The notes beneath the pieces were generated by a model. The model searched no databases, was not told the DNA's origin, and saw only the letters and a program-made list of their open reading frames with translations. Made by a program: the position numbers and the translations under genes. A stretch of 64,000 nt of DNA from Planctomycetota bacterium (GTDB lineage: Bacteria; Planctomycetota; UBA1135; UBA2386). Every line of letters starts with the position of its first letter. The stretch's first letter is position 1. This document shows positions 45,926 through 55,557 of this stretch, one piece after another. The stretch spans positions 960,001 through 1,024,000 of the forward strand of contig JBKAGP010000001.1 of assembly GCA_046290465.1 (NCBI GenBank). Reading direction: 5' to 3'.

Positions 45926-47938
45926 GTGGCCAACCATCCGATCCGCTCCCCCGCGCTCGCACTGACCGTCGCCGTGCTCGGCCTGTCCGCCGTATCCGCC
46001 CAGGATCCGGCCCGAGGTGCCGCCGGGGCCACGACCACCACCCCGCGCATCGTCACCGTCGGCACCCACGTTCGGCTGACCCTGCCGCGCGAGGTCAAGC
46101 GGCTGGCGGTCGGCGACGACGCGGTCGTTTCGGTCGAACTGCTGTCGACGACCGAGGCGCTGGTGCTGGGCAAGCGCACCGGCACCACGACCGTGCTGGC
46201 CTGGTACGCCGACGGCAGCCAGGAACCGCTGCTGTTCCGGGTCCAGCGCGACCTGTCGCTGCTGCAGACGGCACTGGACGACATCTGCCCCGGCGTGCGC
46301 GCACAGATCGCACCCGACCGCGACGCCCTGGTGCTGACCGGGACCGTTCCGGACGAGCAGCATCGCCAGGCGGTGCTGCGCGCCGCCGGCAGCTACCTGA
46401 CGGCCAGCCCGCGGGCCGGCGTGCAGGTCGCGGCACGCGCGCCCGAGGACACGGTGGCGAACGTGCAGGTGCGCGGCGACGCCGAGCCGACCGGACAGGC
46501 GCAGGTGATCGACCTGCTGCGCCTGGCGGCACTGCCGGCCTCGCTCGAGGACCGGATCCTCGAGGCCATCCGACCGCTGGCCGGCGACGACGTGCGCGTG
46601 CGGCGGCTGCAGCGCAACCCGCTGTCCGACGACGACGAGGATGTGCTGGTGCTGGAAGGCAGCGTCCCGGACCAGATTGCCCTGGTGCGCGCAATGCAGC
46701 TGGCGGCGCGCATGTTCCTCGGCAGCGACGACAACGCCAACTCCGGCCAGAACACCATCCAGGTGCTGGCCGACGAGGCCGGGGCGCTGGTCTCGGGCCG
46801 CGGCAACCAGCTCGGCGGAGGCCAGGGCCAGAACGGCGGCGGCGGCGGCCAGGGGCAGAACGGCGGCGGCTTCGGTGGCGGCGGCTTCGCCGGCGGCGGC
46901 GGCGTCGGCGTGCAGCGCAACGAAGTGCGCCGCAACCTCGGCCGCGCGACCGTGCTGTCGATGGCCAAGGGCCGGATCCTGTCGTTCCTGGACGTGCGCG
47001 ACCGCCCGCAGGTCCGGGTCTCGGTGCAGCTGTTCGAGATCGACCGCGACCGCCTGTTCCAGTTCTCGTCGGACCTGCAGCTGCAGGGATCCGACTTCGC
47101 GCAGCCGGTGCTCAACCCGAGCAACATCGGCAACCGCATCCAGCCGAACCCGGCCGACGTCGGCGCGTTCTCGGACACCGACGTGCAGGCCGGCCTCGCC
47201 TCGCTCGCCAGCGGCTTCAGCCAGCAGGTGCAGGTCAGCGGCCAGCGGATCGCGCTCGACGCGCTGGTGCAGGCCCTCGAGGCGCGCGGCATCGCGCGCC
47301 GGCTGTCGAGCCCGGTGCTGACCGTGCTCAACGGCGAGACCGCGCAGTTCCAGGTCGGCGGCGAGATCCCGGTGCCGCAGGCGTTCACGCCGGCGGCCGG
47401 TGGCGGCAGCGGTCTCGGCACGTTCGCATCGGTCGACTTCCGCGCGTTCGGCGTCGGCCTCGGCGTGCGGCCGCTGGTCGGCGAAGCCGGCGAGGTGACC
47501 CTCGACCTCAGTTCGATCGTCTCGCAACCCGACGAGACGCTGACGACGATCGTGCGCGACTCGACCGGCACGACGCCGCAGACCACCGCGTTCGCGACCA
47601 GGGCGCTGCGCACCAACGCGCGCCTGCAGGACGGCCAGTCGCTGCTCGTCGGCGGTCTGGTCAGCCGCGCCCTGCGCGACGACGTGTCGAAGACGCCGCT
47701 GCTCGGCGACCTGCCGTTGATCGGCTGGATGTTCCGCAGCACCAACAACAGCTTCGGCGAGTCGGAGCTGTTCGTGCTGGTCAGCCCGAGCGTGGTGCGC
47801 CCGCCGGTCGCCGGCAGCGACCTGTGGCTGCAGCCGGGGCTGCGCGAGACGCTCGCGGCGTGCGGCGGTGCGGAGCCGGAGCGGGACGACGAAGCGGTTG
47901 GCGAGATCGGCGGCGACGACCGGCCCGACGGCAACTAG
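45926..47938 (+). CDS. cpaC: Tad pilus secretin (CpaC/RcpA family)
   Basis: Signal peptide, N-domain LVLGKRTGTTTVLAW, BON-like segments, PVLTVLNGETAQFQVGGEIP, KTPLLGDLPLIGWMFRS...ELFVLVSP. Confidence 0.9.
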   Translation: MANHPIRSPALALTVAVLGLSAVSAQDPARGAAGATTTTPRIVTVGTHVRLTLPREVKRLAVGDDAVVSVELLSTTEALVLGKRTGTTTVLAWYADGSQEPLLFRVQRDLSLLQTALDDICPGVRAQIAPDRDALVLTGTVPDEQHRQAVLRAAGSYLTASPRAGVQVAARAPEDTVANVQVRGDAEPTGQAQVIDLLRLAALPASLEDRILEAIRPLAGDDVRVRRLQRNPLSDDDEDVLVLEGSVPDQIALVRAMQLAARMFLGSDDNANSGQNTIQVLADEAGALVSGRGNQLGGGQGQNGGGGGQGQNGGGFGGGGFAGGGGVGVQRNEVRRNLGRATVLSMAKGRILSFLDVRDRPQVRVSVQLFEIDRDRLFQFSSDLQLQGSDFAQPVLNPSNIGNRIQPNPADVGAFSDTDVQAGLASLASGFSQQVQVSGQRIALDALVQALEARGIARRLSSPVLTVLNGETAQFQVGGEIPVPQAFTPAAGGGSGLGTFASVDFRAFGVGLGVRPLVGEAGEVTLDLSSIVSQPDETLTTIVRDSTGTTPQTTAFATRALRTNARLQDGQSLLVGGLVSRALRDDVSKTPLLGDLPLIGWMFRSTNNSFGESELFVLVSPSVVRPPVAGSDLWLQPGLRETLAACGGAEPERDDEAVGEIGGDDRPDGN

Positions 47939-47942
47939 AGGA

Positions 47943-47970
47943 TCGGGACTGGCGGGTCGGGACTGGCGGG
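47943..47970. repeat. 14-bp direct tandem duplication between convergent genes
   Basis: tcgggactggcggg x2. Confidence 0.8.
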
Positions 47971-49317
47971 TCAGGCCTCAGCCGAACCCGCCAGTTCGTC
48001 CGCGGCCGGCGCACCGACCGCCTCTCCTTCTTCCCCTTCTTCCGCGAGCCCGCCCTCTGCGAGCCCGTCCTCAGCGAGCCACGGCGCGAACGGGTCCGCA
48101 TAGTCCGTCCATCGCTCGGCGCCGAGCGCCAGCTCCGCGTCGGACAACAGGCACGCGTCCAGCCGACGGCGCAGGTCCGCCTCGTCGACGTCGCGACCGA
48201 TGACGACCAGCTCCTGCCGGCGATCGCCGAACGGACCGGCGCTGTTGGCTTCGATCTCGGCGCGCACCTCCGGCTCGTCGGGCCACTCGTCGGCGGGCAC
48301 GGTCGCCCACCAGGATCCCGCGCCCGACAGCTCACAGGCGCCGCCCGCCTGGTGCCACATGCCGACGTGGTCGTGCCGCGTCGCCAGCCAGACGAAGCCC
48401 TTGCTGCGCAGCACGCCCGGCCATTCCTGCTCGAAGCACGCGTACAGCCGCTCCGGATGGAACGGCCGCCGCGCCCGGTAGACGAAGCTGCCGATGCCGT
48501 ATTCGTCCTGTTCGCTCGCCTCGTCGCCGCGCATCACCTTGAGCCACCCGGGCATCGACGCCGCGCGCTCGAAGTCGAAGCGGCCGGTCGCGAGGATCTC
48601 GCGCACGTCGATCGCGCCGTGCTCGGCGACGAGCTGGTGCGCCTCCGGATTGAGCCGCCGCAGCAGCGCCTGCAGCGCCGCGAGTTGCTGCGGCTCGACG
48701 AGGTCCGGCTTGCTGATGACCAGCACGTCGGCGAACTCGACCTGCTCGACCAGCAGATCGTCGATGGTGCGATCGTCCTCGTCGTCGAGCGCCAGATCCC
48801 GGTCGCGCAGCTCGTCGCCGGCGCCCAGGTCGCGCGGGAACGCCGCGGCATCGACCACCGTCACCATGGTGTCGAGTTCGGCGACGTCGCCGAGGCCCTT
48901 GCCGTGCTCGTCGACGAACGTGAACGTCTCGGCCACCGGCATCGGCTCGGAGATCCCGGTCGACTCGATCAGCAGGTAGTCGAACTGGCCGCTGCGGGCG
49001 AGCCGCGCGACCTCCTGCAGCAGGTCCTCACGCAGCGTGCAGCAGATGCAGCCGTTCTGCATCTGCACCAGCTTCTCCTCGGTCCGGTGCAGTTCGGCGC
49101 CGCCCCCGCGCACCTCGGCGGCGTCGATGTTGACCGAACTCATGTCGTTGACGATGACCGCGACGCGCATGCCGTCGCGGTTGTGCAGCACGTGCTGCAG
49201 CAACGTGGTCTTGCCGGCGCCGAGGAAGCCCGACAGCACGGTGACCGGCAGGCGTGCCCCGGTCAGGCGTACCCCGGTCAGGCGTGCCCCCGTCTGGCGC
49301 TCGTGTGCCGCGCTCAT
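47971..49317 (-). CDS. COG0523/CobW-family G3E GTPase metallochaperone (ZigA/YciC-like)
   Basis: [70 protein letters not shown]. Confidence 0.95.
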   Translation of the reverse strand: MSAAHERQTGARLTGVRLTGARLPVTVLSGFLGAGKTTLLQHVLHNRDGMRVAVIVNDMSSVNIDAAEVRGGGAELHRTEEKLVQMQNGCICCTLREDLLQEVARLARSGQFDYLLIESTGISEPMPVAETFTFVDEHGKGLGDVAELDTMVTVVDAAAFPRDLGAGDELRDRDLALDDEDDRTIDDLLVEQVEFADVLVISKPDLVEPQQLAALQALLRRLNPEAHQLVAEHGAIDVREILATGRFDFERAASMPGWLKVMRGDEASEQDEYGIGSFVYRARRPFHPERLYACFEQEWPGVLRSKGFVWLATRHDHVGMWHQAGGACELSGAGSWWATVPADEWPDEPEVRAEIEANSAGPFGDRRQELVVIGRDVDEADLRRRLDACLLSDAELALGAERWTDYADPFAPWLAEDGLAEGGLAEEGEEGEAVGAPAADELAGSAEA

Positions 49318-50021
49318 CGGCCCGCCTCCTGGTCGCCGCCGCCGAGCTGGCTGAGCATGTCGACGCGCAGCAGCACCCGCGCCGCGCCGGCCGGGTCCGG
49401 CGATCGGTGCACCGCGCCGAAGCCCTCGGCGTTGGGCCAGGCCTCGCCCTTCAGCAGCGTCACCGAGAACGGCTCGACCGAGCGCACCACGGCGCCGCGC
49501 TTCATCACGCCGTTCTGGTCGTCGGGCCGGTCCTGACCCGGCTCGCCGAGGAAGCGCCGATCGACGTCGCACTCGGCCAGCCACTCGGTGCCGGGCCCGC
49601 TGTAGGTCACCAGCATGCGGATGCCGACCCGGTCGACGTGGAAGCGCGGACAGGTGGCCTCGTCCGGCCCCTCCAGCGAGATCATCAGTTCGTCGGCCTG
49701 GACCAGCTCCGCAAACGCCTCGCACAGCTCGACCACGTCGTCCTGCCAGGCGGCGGCCGCCTCCGGATCGATGCGCCAGGCCGACTCCGGCAGCAGGTCG
49801 GCGACCTCCGCGCGCAGGTCGACTTCGCTGCACCGCACGACCGCGCGGGCGTCCCGGCCGAGATCGCCGGCGAGCCGCGACGCCAGCGCCTGCACGGCGG
49901 GGTCGAGCGGCCGGCGCCACGTGGTCAGGTGCCGGTCCGGCTCCAGGATCGAGGCCAGGTCGGCGAGGTCTGTGACCTCGGCGGCACCGGGGGCAAGCGC
50001 ACGCAAGTCGATGGCGGTCAT
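49314..50021 (-). CDS. DUF1826 domain protein
   Basis: [25 protein letters not shown]...LLKGE...VHRSP; ATGA-coupled to the COG0523 gene. Confidence 0.88.
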   Translation of the reverse strand: MTAIDLRALAPGAAEVTDLADLASILEPDRHLTTWRRPLDPAVQALASRLAGDLGRDARAVVRCSEVDLRAEVADLLPESAWRIDPEAAAAWQDDVVELCEAFAELVQADELMISLEGPDEATCPRFHVDRVGIRMLVTYSGPGTEWLAECDVDRRFLGEPGQDRPDDQNGVMKRGAVVRSVEPFSVTLLKGEAWPNAEGFGAVHRSPDPAGAARVLLRVDMLSQLGGGDQEAGR

Positions 50022-50033
50022 CTCGAGGACCCC

Positions 50034-50059
50034 GGTGCCGCTGGCCACCCGCGAGTTCC
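50034..50059 (-). promoter_or_regulatory. GGAAC-N14-CGGCACC promoter candidate upstream of the DUF1826 gene
   Basis: Reverse strand ggaac tcgcgggtggccag cggcacc, ending 12 nt before the ATG. Confidence 0.7.
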
Positions 50060-50085
50060 CGCACAAAAAAAAGTCGCGCCGGCGC

Positions 50086-50111
50086 GGAACTCCCCCGGCC
50101 CGGCCGGCACC
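50086..50111 (+). promoter_or_regulatory. GGAAC-N14-CGGCACC promoter candidate upstream of flp, preceded by an A8 tract
   Basis: ggaac tcccccggcccggc cggcacc; A8 at 50065-50072. Confidence 0.7.
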
Positions 50112-50142
50112 TGCACGGAGAACCCCAAACCGCTACGGATCC

Positions 50143-50505
50143 ATGAACAAGCTCCTGAAGAACAAGAAGGGCTCGGCCCTCGTCGAATACGGTCTCCTCA
50201 TCGCCGGTGTCGCGCTCGTCAGCGCCGCCGCGGTCTCGGTCTTCGGCCACAAGACCAACGACCTGATCTCGGCTACGGCGACGATCCTGCCGGGCGCGCA
50301 CGACGACGACAACGGCCCGATCGTCAGCGCCAAGCTGATCGAGACGACCCGCGACCCGAACAACGGCGACGCGATCATCCTCGACGCCGCCGCCGCCGCG
50401 ACCGAGACCCCGCGCCTCGGCAACAACCTGCTCGGCGCCAGCTTCAACCAGCCGGGCGGCTCGGGCAACGTGCTCGGCAGCACGCTGGTCATCGAGGCCA
50501 ACTGA
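50143..50505 (+). CDS. flp: Flp-family type IV pilin with long C-terminal extension
   Basis: [26 protein letters not shown], the GxxxxEY prepilin motif. Confidence 0.9.
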   Translation: MNKLLKNKKGSALVEYGLLIAGVALVSAAAVSVFGHKTNDLISATATILPGAHDDDNGPIVSAKLIETTRDPNNGDAIILDAAAAATETPRLGNNLLGASFNQPGGSGNVLGSTLVIEAN

Positions 50506-50546
50506 TCGATCGGGATCCGATCTCCCTCATCACTCGCTGACCCCGG

Positions 50547-50573
50547 TCGGAGCCTCGCTGGCCGAAGCTCCGA
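50547..50573 (+). terminator. Stem-loop after the pilin gene (attenuator or mRNA stabiliser)
   Basis: tcggagc-c-tcg...cga-a-gctccga; no U-tract. Confidence 0.4.
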
Positions 50574-50656
50574 TGCCACCGGGAACCTCGCACTTCGCGG
50601 TCACCCTCCATGGGGGTGCCCGCGTTTTGTCGTCTGACCGGCATCCCCGCATCCCC

Positions 50657-51145
50657 ATGAATCCGTCACTGATCGTCGTGCTCGCCGCGCTCGCGCTGCT
50701 GCTCGCCGCCGTCGTGTTCGACCTCAGGTCGCGCACGATCCCGGATTCGATCTCGATCGCGATGGTGCTGCTCGGCCTGCTGGCGACGGCCTGCGGCTGG
50801 ATTGAAGGGGGCTGTAACGATTGGGGCTGGGCGCGCTTCGGCATCGGCCTCGCGGTCGGTTTCGGGATCGGCGCGGCCCTGTTCTACCTCGGCGCGATGG
50901 GCGGCGGGGACGCCAAGCTCTGCGCCGGCCTCGGCGCGATCTGCGGCTGGCCGCGCGTGCTCGAGGTGCTGTTCGCGACCGCGCTGTTCGGCGGCCTGCT
51001 GTCGTGGTGGGCCAGGCGGCGCGGCATGACCTCACTGCCGTACGCGCCGGCGCTCGCCGCCGGCTACGCCAGCACCGTTGCGATCGCCTGGCTGCTGCCG
51101 CCGAGCACCGGCCTGTGGCACCTGATCACCGGGAGGGCGCTGTGA
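50657..51145 (+). CDS. cpaA: A24-family prepilin peptidase (CpaA/TadV)
   Basis: FDLRSRTIPD, MGGGDAKL, LPYAPAL; multiple TM helices. Confidence 0.92.
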   Translation: MNPSLIVVLAALALLLAAVVFDLRSRTIPDSISIAMVLLGLLATACGWIEGGCNDWGWARFGIGLAVGFGIGAALFYLGAMGGGDAKLCAGLGAICGWPRVLEVLFATALFGGLLSWWARRRGMTSLPYAPALAAGYASTVAIAWLLPPSTGLWHLITGRAL

Positions 51146-52029
51146 ACGCCGAGCGGCTGCGGCAGCGGCAGCACCGCCAGCGCGGCGCGCTGATGGTCGA
51201 GTTCGCCGTGATCTCGCTGCTGCTCTACCTGCTGCTGGCGGCGCTGCTGTCGTTCGGCACCATGATCCAGGCCGGCCAGGTCGCGCAGGACGTCGCCAGG
51301 CTGGCCGCGCGCGAACTGGCGCTGACCCCGCTGCCGGCGACGTCGACGTTCGAGCAGGCGCTGGCCGCGACCGACGACCGCATCTTCGACCCCAACCAGC
51401 TGGTGGTCGACCTCGACGCCGTCGCCAACAGCGGCCAGGACCTCGACGAACACTTCGCCGCGATGCCGCTGGTCAACCGCGCGCTGCGGCCGGTGTTCGT
51501 GTTCGACCGGGTCGGCGGCCTGCGCCTGCTGCGCTTCCCCGGCGCGCTGCTGCGCTCCCCGTCGCGCACCGCGTTCAACGCGGGCCTCACCGTCGGCGTG
51601 CCGCAGGTCGTCGCACGCCTCGACACCGGCGGCGAACGGATCCGCTGGCTGCCGGTGGTCGAGGAGATCCGGCCCGATGCCGAGGATCCGGCGAGCGGCC
51701 CGTTCTCGGCGGTCTCCGGCGGCCCCGATCGCGGCCTGGTCGCGCTGCGCATCAACATCCCGTCGACCGCCTCGGCGCTCGCCTCGTACGACGGCCCCAC
51801 CACCTGGCCGCCCGGCGCCAACGCCGGCCAGCCGCACCTCGCCGGCCCGGTCGAGACCGAGGCCGGCTCGGTACCGTCGTTCGGCACGCCGTTCCCGGAC
51901 GCCGTGCACGGCGGCGTGCTCGGCGCCGAGCAGGGACTCGGTGAGATGGGCGCGCTCGGCGTGCGGGTGCGCCCGTTCCGCCGCGTGTTCGTCGGCCAGG
52001 CGCTGTTCCGCCGCGAGGTCTACCAGTAA
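51142..52029 (+). CDS. TadE-like pseudopilin
   Basis: RGALMVEFAVISLLLYLLL...ARLAARE. Confidence 0.8.
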   Translation: MNAERLRQRQHRQRGALMVEFAVISLLLYLLLAALLSFGTMIQAGQVAQDVARLAARELALTPLPATSTFEQALAATDDRIFDPNQLVVDLDAVANSGQDLDEHFAAMPLVNRALRPVFVFDRVGGLRLLRFPGALLRSPSRTAFNAGLTVGVPQVVARLDTGGERIRWLPVVEEIRPDAEDPASGPFSAVSGGPDRGLVALRINIPSTASALASYDGPTTWPPGANAGQPHLAGPVETEAGSVPSFGTPFPDAVHGGVLGAEQGLGEMGALGVRVRPFRRVFVGQALFRREVYQ

Positions 52030-52056
52030 CCCCTCCCGCACCTTCGAGACTCCATC

Positions 52057-53118
52057 ATGGCAACCCGACACCGACCCGTCTCCCCGCGGCAACGCCGCCG
52101 CTCCCGCCTGCTGATGCCGCTGGCGATCGCCGGCGTGCTGCTGGCAGGGCTGGTCGTCTACACGGTGGTCAACGGCGAGCTGCGGCTGCCGTTCGGCGGC
52201 GGCGTGGTGTTCGCGTTCGGCGGCGAGGAGCCGCAGGCCGCCGAGGACACGACCCCACCGGGCCACGTCGAGGTCTTCGCGTGCCCGCGCGACCTGCCGG
52301 CCTACACCAAGATCACGCGCGAGCATCTCGACATCGGCGACCGCCTCTACACGCTGCCGGTGCTGCCCGAGCAGGTCGAACCCAACGGCCTGATCCCGAA
52401 CACCAACGAGGCCTACGCGACGCGCCTGCTCGGCCGCGTGCTGCGCCGACCGAAGCCGAAGAACTACGTGTTCCGCGAGAGCGACTTCCTGCCGAAGGGC
52501 ACGCGCGAGGGCCTCAGCGCCGGCATCCCCGAAGGCATGCGCGGCATCTGGGTCGACATCAGCAAGGTGCACGGCCTGTCCGACGTGCGCAGCGGCGACT
52601 TCGTCGACCTGGTCGCCGCGACGGCCAGCCAGAACCAGACCGAGGTCGACACCAAGGTGCTCGGCAACCTGATCGACCCGGTCATGAAGGCCCGCCTCGA
52701 AGCCGGCGCACGTCGGGCCGCGAAGACCGGGGACTCGAGCTCGTGGGTGGTCGCGCGCAGCGCCCAGGTGATCGCGCCGGTGCGCAGCCGCGAGCTGCCG
52801 GGCAGCGGCACCAGGAAGGGCAACGCCCCGACCGTCGAAGAGGTGTTCCTGGCGCTCGCACCCCAGGACGTCGCGCAGTACAGCCAGGCGCTGGCGCAGA
52901 ACGTCACGATCCTCGCCGCCCCGCGCTCGAGCCGGCCCGAGCACGACCCGGCCGAGATCCAGGACGCCAAGCCCGCCGACGCCAGCGCCGAGCTGCGTAA
53001 GATGCTGCTCGGGGACGACCAGCAGGACGCGCGCTTCCGCATGGTCGAGGTGATCCGCGGCGGCGAACGCCAGACGATCACCGTCCCGCACCAGCCGCAG
53101 GAGACCGGCAAGCGTTGA
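52057..53118 (+). CDS. cpaB: Flp pilus assembly protein CpaB/RcpC
   Basis: N-terminal TM, SAF-like RDLPAYTKIT, GIPEGMRGI, GDFVDLVA. Confidence 0.8.
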   Translation: MATRHRPVSPRQRRRSRLLMPLAIAGVLLAGLVVYTVVNGELRLPFGGGVVFAFGGEEPQAAEDTTPPGHVEVFACPRDLPAYTKITREHLDIGDRLYTLPVLPEQVEPNGLIPNTNEAYATRLLGRVLRRPKPKNYVFRESDFLPKGTREGLSAGIPEGMRGIWVDISKVHGLSDVRSGDFVDLVAATASQNQTEVDTKVLGNLIDPVMKARLEAGARRAAKTGDSSSWVVARSAQVIAPVRSRELPGSGTRKGNAPTVEEVFLALAPQDVAQYSQALAQNVTILAAPRSSRPEHDPAEIQDAKPADASAELRKMLLGDDQQDARFRMVEVIRGGERQTITVPHQPQETGKR

Positions 53119-54365
53119 TCGCCGCTCTGCCCCGCCCATTGCGAGCGGCCCGCGACGACCGCGAGGCCGGCACGGTCCTGGTGCTGTTCGCGCTGCTGCT
53201 GGTCGGCCTGTTCGGCCTGCTCGGCGCGGTCGTCGACGGCGGCCGCCTGCGCGTGACCCGCCAGCAGATGGACGCCGGTGCCGAGTGCGCCGCGCTCGAG
53301 GGATTGCGCTTCAAGGACCTCGAGGGCGACGACGGCCGCCGGCAGCGCGCGATCGCCGCGGTCGCCAACCTGTGGGACGACGACCTCGATCCCGACAACG
53401 GCGACGCCATCGGACTCGGCGCCGGGTCGCTGCCGATCGTGTCCGGACTCGACCCGCTCGGCGGTTCGCTCGACGTCGCTGCGACGGCGGCGGCACGGGT
53501 CTGGAAGCCCGGACCGGAGCTGCAGGCCAACCCCGGCAACGCCGCGCATGGCGACATGGTCGCCGGCCGCCACCTCGCCGACCGGGCCCCGAGCGAGGAC
53601 GATGCGTTCGCGCGCGACGACTTCGTGCCGACCCCGCCGGGCAGTTCGGCGACGGCGCTCGCCGACGCGCCGTCGTTCCTGGTGCGGCTGCGCCGCAGCA
53701 ACCGCCGCCTCGCGCTCGACCGGCAGCCCGGCGAGAGCTCGTCGGGGCCGGCGTTCGAATGGCTCTGGGCGCGCGGCAGCGCCTGGCAGGAACCCGCCGG
53801 CGGCGATGGCAGCGCGTCCCGCAACGACGGCCTGACCCTGCGGGCCGCGGCGATCGCCTCGACCGAGCGCGCGCTGCTGGTCTCCTCGGACCCGAACCTC
53901 GGCACGACGCTCGCCACGATCGCGCTGCGCGGGGACGCCGCGTCGACCTGGAACGCCACCCCACCGTTCGCGTCGGCGACGTTCGACGTCGACGCGAACG
54001 GGCTGCTGACGGTCGCCGGTGTCGAGCAGGGCGTGACGCTGGCGCTGGCGCCGCGCAACGTCGGCGCGACCCTGGTCCCCGCCGCCGCCGCGCCGACCGC
54101 CCTGCCGACCACCACGCTGCTGCTGCCCGTCTACGGCACCATCGCCGGCCAGCGCCGCGTCGTCGGGTTCACGCTCGGCGCCGCGACCGCATCCGGCGCC
54201 ACCGTCACCGTGACGCGGCTGCCCGCCACCGTGCTGCCGACCGGCGCCTCCAGCGCGTCGCCCGCGGCGCTCGACGCCCGCCTCGCGCTCGAGGCCGATC
54301 CCGACCTGCGTGCGCTGCACGCGACGTTCTCCGAACCCGTGCTGGCGCCGGTGCTGCGCCGATAG
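53115..54365 (+). CDS. TadG-like pseudopilin / Tad domain protein
   Basis: EAGTVLVLFALLLVGLFGLLGAVVDGG...QMDAGAECAALEG. Confidence 0.78.
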   Translation: MIAALPRPLRAARDDREAGTVLVLFALLLVGLFGLLGAVVDGGRLRVTRQQMDAGAECAALEGLRFKDLEGDDGRRQRAIAAVANLWDDDLDPDNGDAIGLGAGSLPIVSGLDPLGGSLDVAATAAARVWKPGPELQANPGNAAHGDMVAGRHLADRAPSEDDAFARDDFVPTPPGSSATALADAPSFLVRLRRSNRRLALDRQPGESSSGPAFEWLWARGSAWQEPAGGDGSASRNDGLTLRAAAIASTERALLVSSDPNLGTTLATIALRGDAASTWNATPPFASATFDVDANGLLTVAGVEQGVTLALAPRNVGATLVPAAAAPTALPTTTLLLPVYGTIAGQRRVVGFTLGAATASGATVTVTRLPATVLPTGASSASPAALDARLALEADPDLRALHATFSEPVLAPVLRR

Positions 54366-54369
54366 CCTC

Positions 54370-55557
54370 ATGACCCGCCCCATCACGCTCCTGCTGGTAT
54401 CGGACGACCCCGACCTGCGCGCCGAATGGACGGCCGCCGATCAGGGCCTGTCCGACGTGCGCGTGCTGCCACACTTCGCCGACAACCACCGCGAGGCGCT
54501 GCGCCTCGCGCATGCTCAGCAGCCGGACGTCGTGCTGGTCACCGGCAACGAGCCGGGCTCGGCGTTCGACGCGCTGCTGACCGAGCTGCAGGACGCGGTC
54601 CCGGCGGCGGCCCTGGTCGGCGTGCTGGACCGCCGCAACTTCGAGTCCGGCGACGCCGAGACCGCGTTCGTGGTCGGTGCGACCCGCGCCGGCGTGCGCG
54701 ACTTCCTGCGGCGGCCGCTGTCGTCCAACGAACTCGGCACGTGCCTGCGCCGGATCGGCGAGCACGGCCGCCGCGGCGAGCAGGGCCGCACGCGCGGCGG
54801 ACGCATCACGGCGTTCGTCAGCAACAAGGGCGGGGTCGGCAAGACCACGCTGTCGGTCAACGTCGCCTGCGAACTCGCGCAGCGCGCCCCCGGCCGCGTG
54901 CTGCTCGTCGACGCGTCGCTGCAGCTCGGCCTCTGCGCCACGATGCTCGACCTTGGGCCGACGGTCACGATGCACGACGTCGTCGCCCAGATCGACCGGC
55001 TCGACGCCACGCTGTTGCGCGAACTGACGGTGCGCCACGAGTGCGGCCTCGACCTGCTGGCCGCGCCCGGCGACGCGGTCGAGGCGGCCAACGTGCGCGA
55101 GGATCACCTGTCGCGCATGCTGGCCGTCGCGCGCAGCGCATACGACCACGTGGTCGTCGACACGTTCCCGATCCTCGACGGCATCGCGATCGCGACCCTC
55201 GACCGGGCCGACGACGTCTGGCAGGTCGTCGCGCCGACCGTCCCGACGGTGCTCGGCGCCGAACGGCTCAACGGCCTGCTGGAGAGCGTCGGCGTCGACC
55301 GCGCCCGCCAGCACATCGTCGTCAACACCTCGGTGCCGGGGCACAGCGGCCAGCTGTCGCCGCGCGACGTCGCGACCCGCCTCGACCGCGACGTCGAAGT
55401 CGTGGTGCCGTTCACGCGGGCGGCGATCGCGGCGTGCAACACCGGCCGGCCGGTCGTGCTCGCCAGCACCAGGTTCAACGGCTTCCGTCGCCGCGTCGCC
55501 GAGCTCGCCGACCTGCTGACATCGCCAGAATCGTCGCTGACCGAGGCCGAGCGATGA
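54370..55557 (+). CDS. cpaE: CpaE/TadZ (receiver-like plus MinD/ParA ATPase domain)
   Basis: AGVRDFLRRPL, KGGVGKTT, LVDASLQLG, YDHVVVDT. Confidence 0.88.
   Translation: MTRPITLLLVSDDPDLRAEWTAADQGLSDVRVLPHFADNHREALRLAHAQQPDVVLVTGNEPGSAFDALLTELQDAVPAAALVGVLDRRNFESGDAETAFVVGATRAGVRDFLRRPLSSNELGTCLRRIGEHGRRGEQGRTRGGRITAFVSNKGGVGKTTLSVNVACELAQRAPGRVLLVDASLQLGLCATMLDLGPTVTMHDVVAQIDRLDATLLRELTVRHECGLDLLAAPGDAVEAANVREDHLSRMLAVARSAYDHVVVDTFPILDGIAIATLDRADDVWQVVAPTVPTVLGAERLNGLLESVGVDRARQHIVVNTSVPGHSGQLSPRDVATRLDRDVEVVVPFTRAAIAACNTGRPVVLASTRFNGFRRRVAELADLLTSPESSLTEAER

Noticed and set aside
47971..50301. 776-aa ORF as one large GTPase fusion
   Set aside because: The extension overlaps the DUF1826 gene and flp in other frames; the real start is ATG 49317, coupled to the DUF1826 stop.
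50582..50605. Fourth copy of the GGAAC promoter motif upstream of cpaA
   Set aside because: GGAAC is present but the downstream element (ggtcacc) differs and is 2 nt closer; too weak to count.
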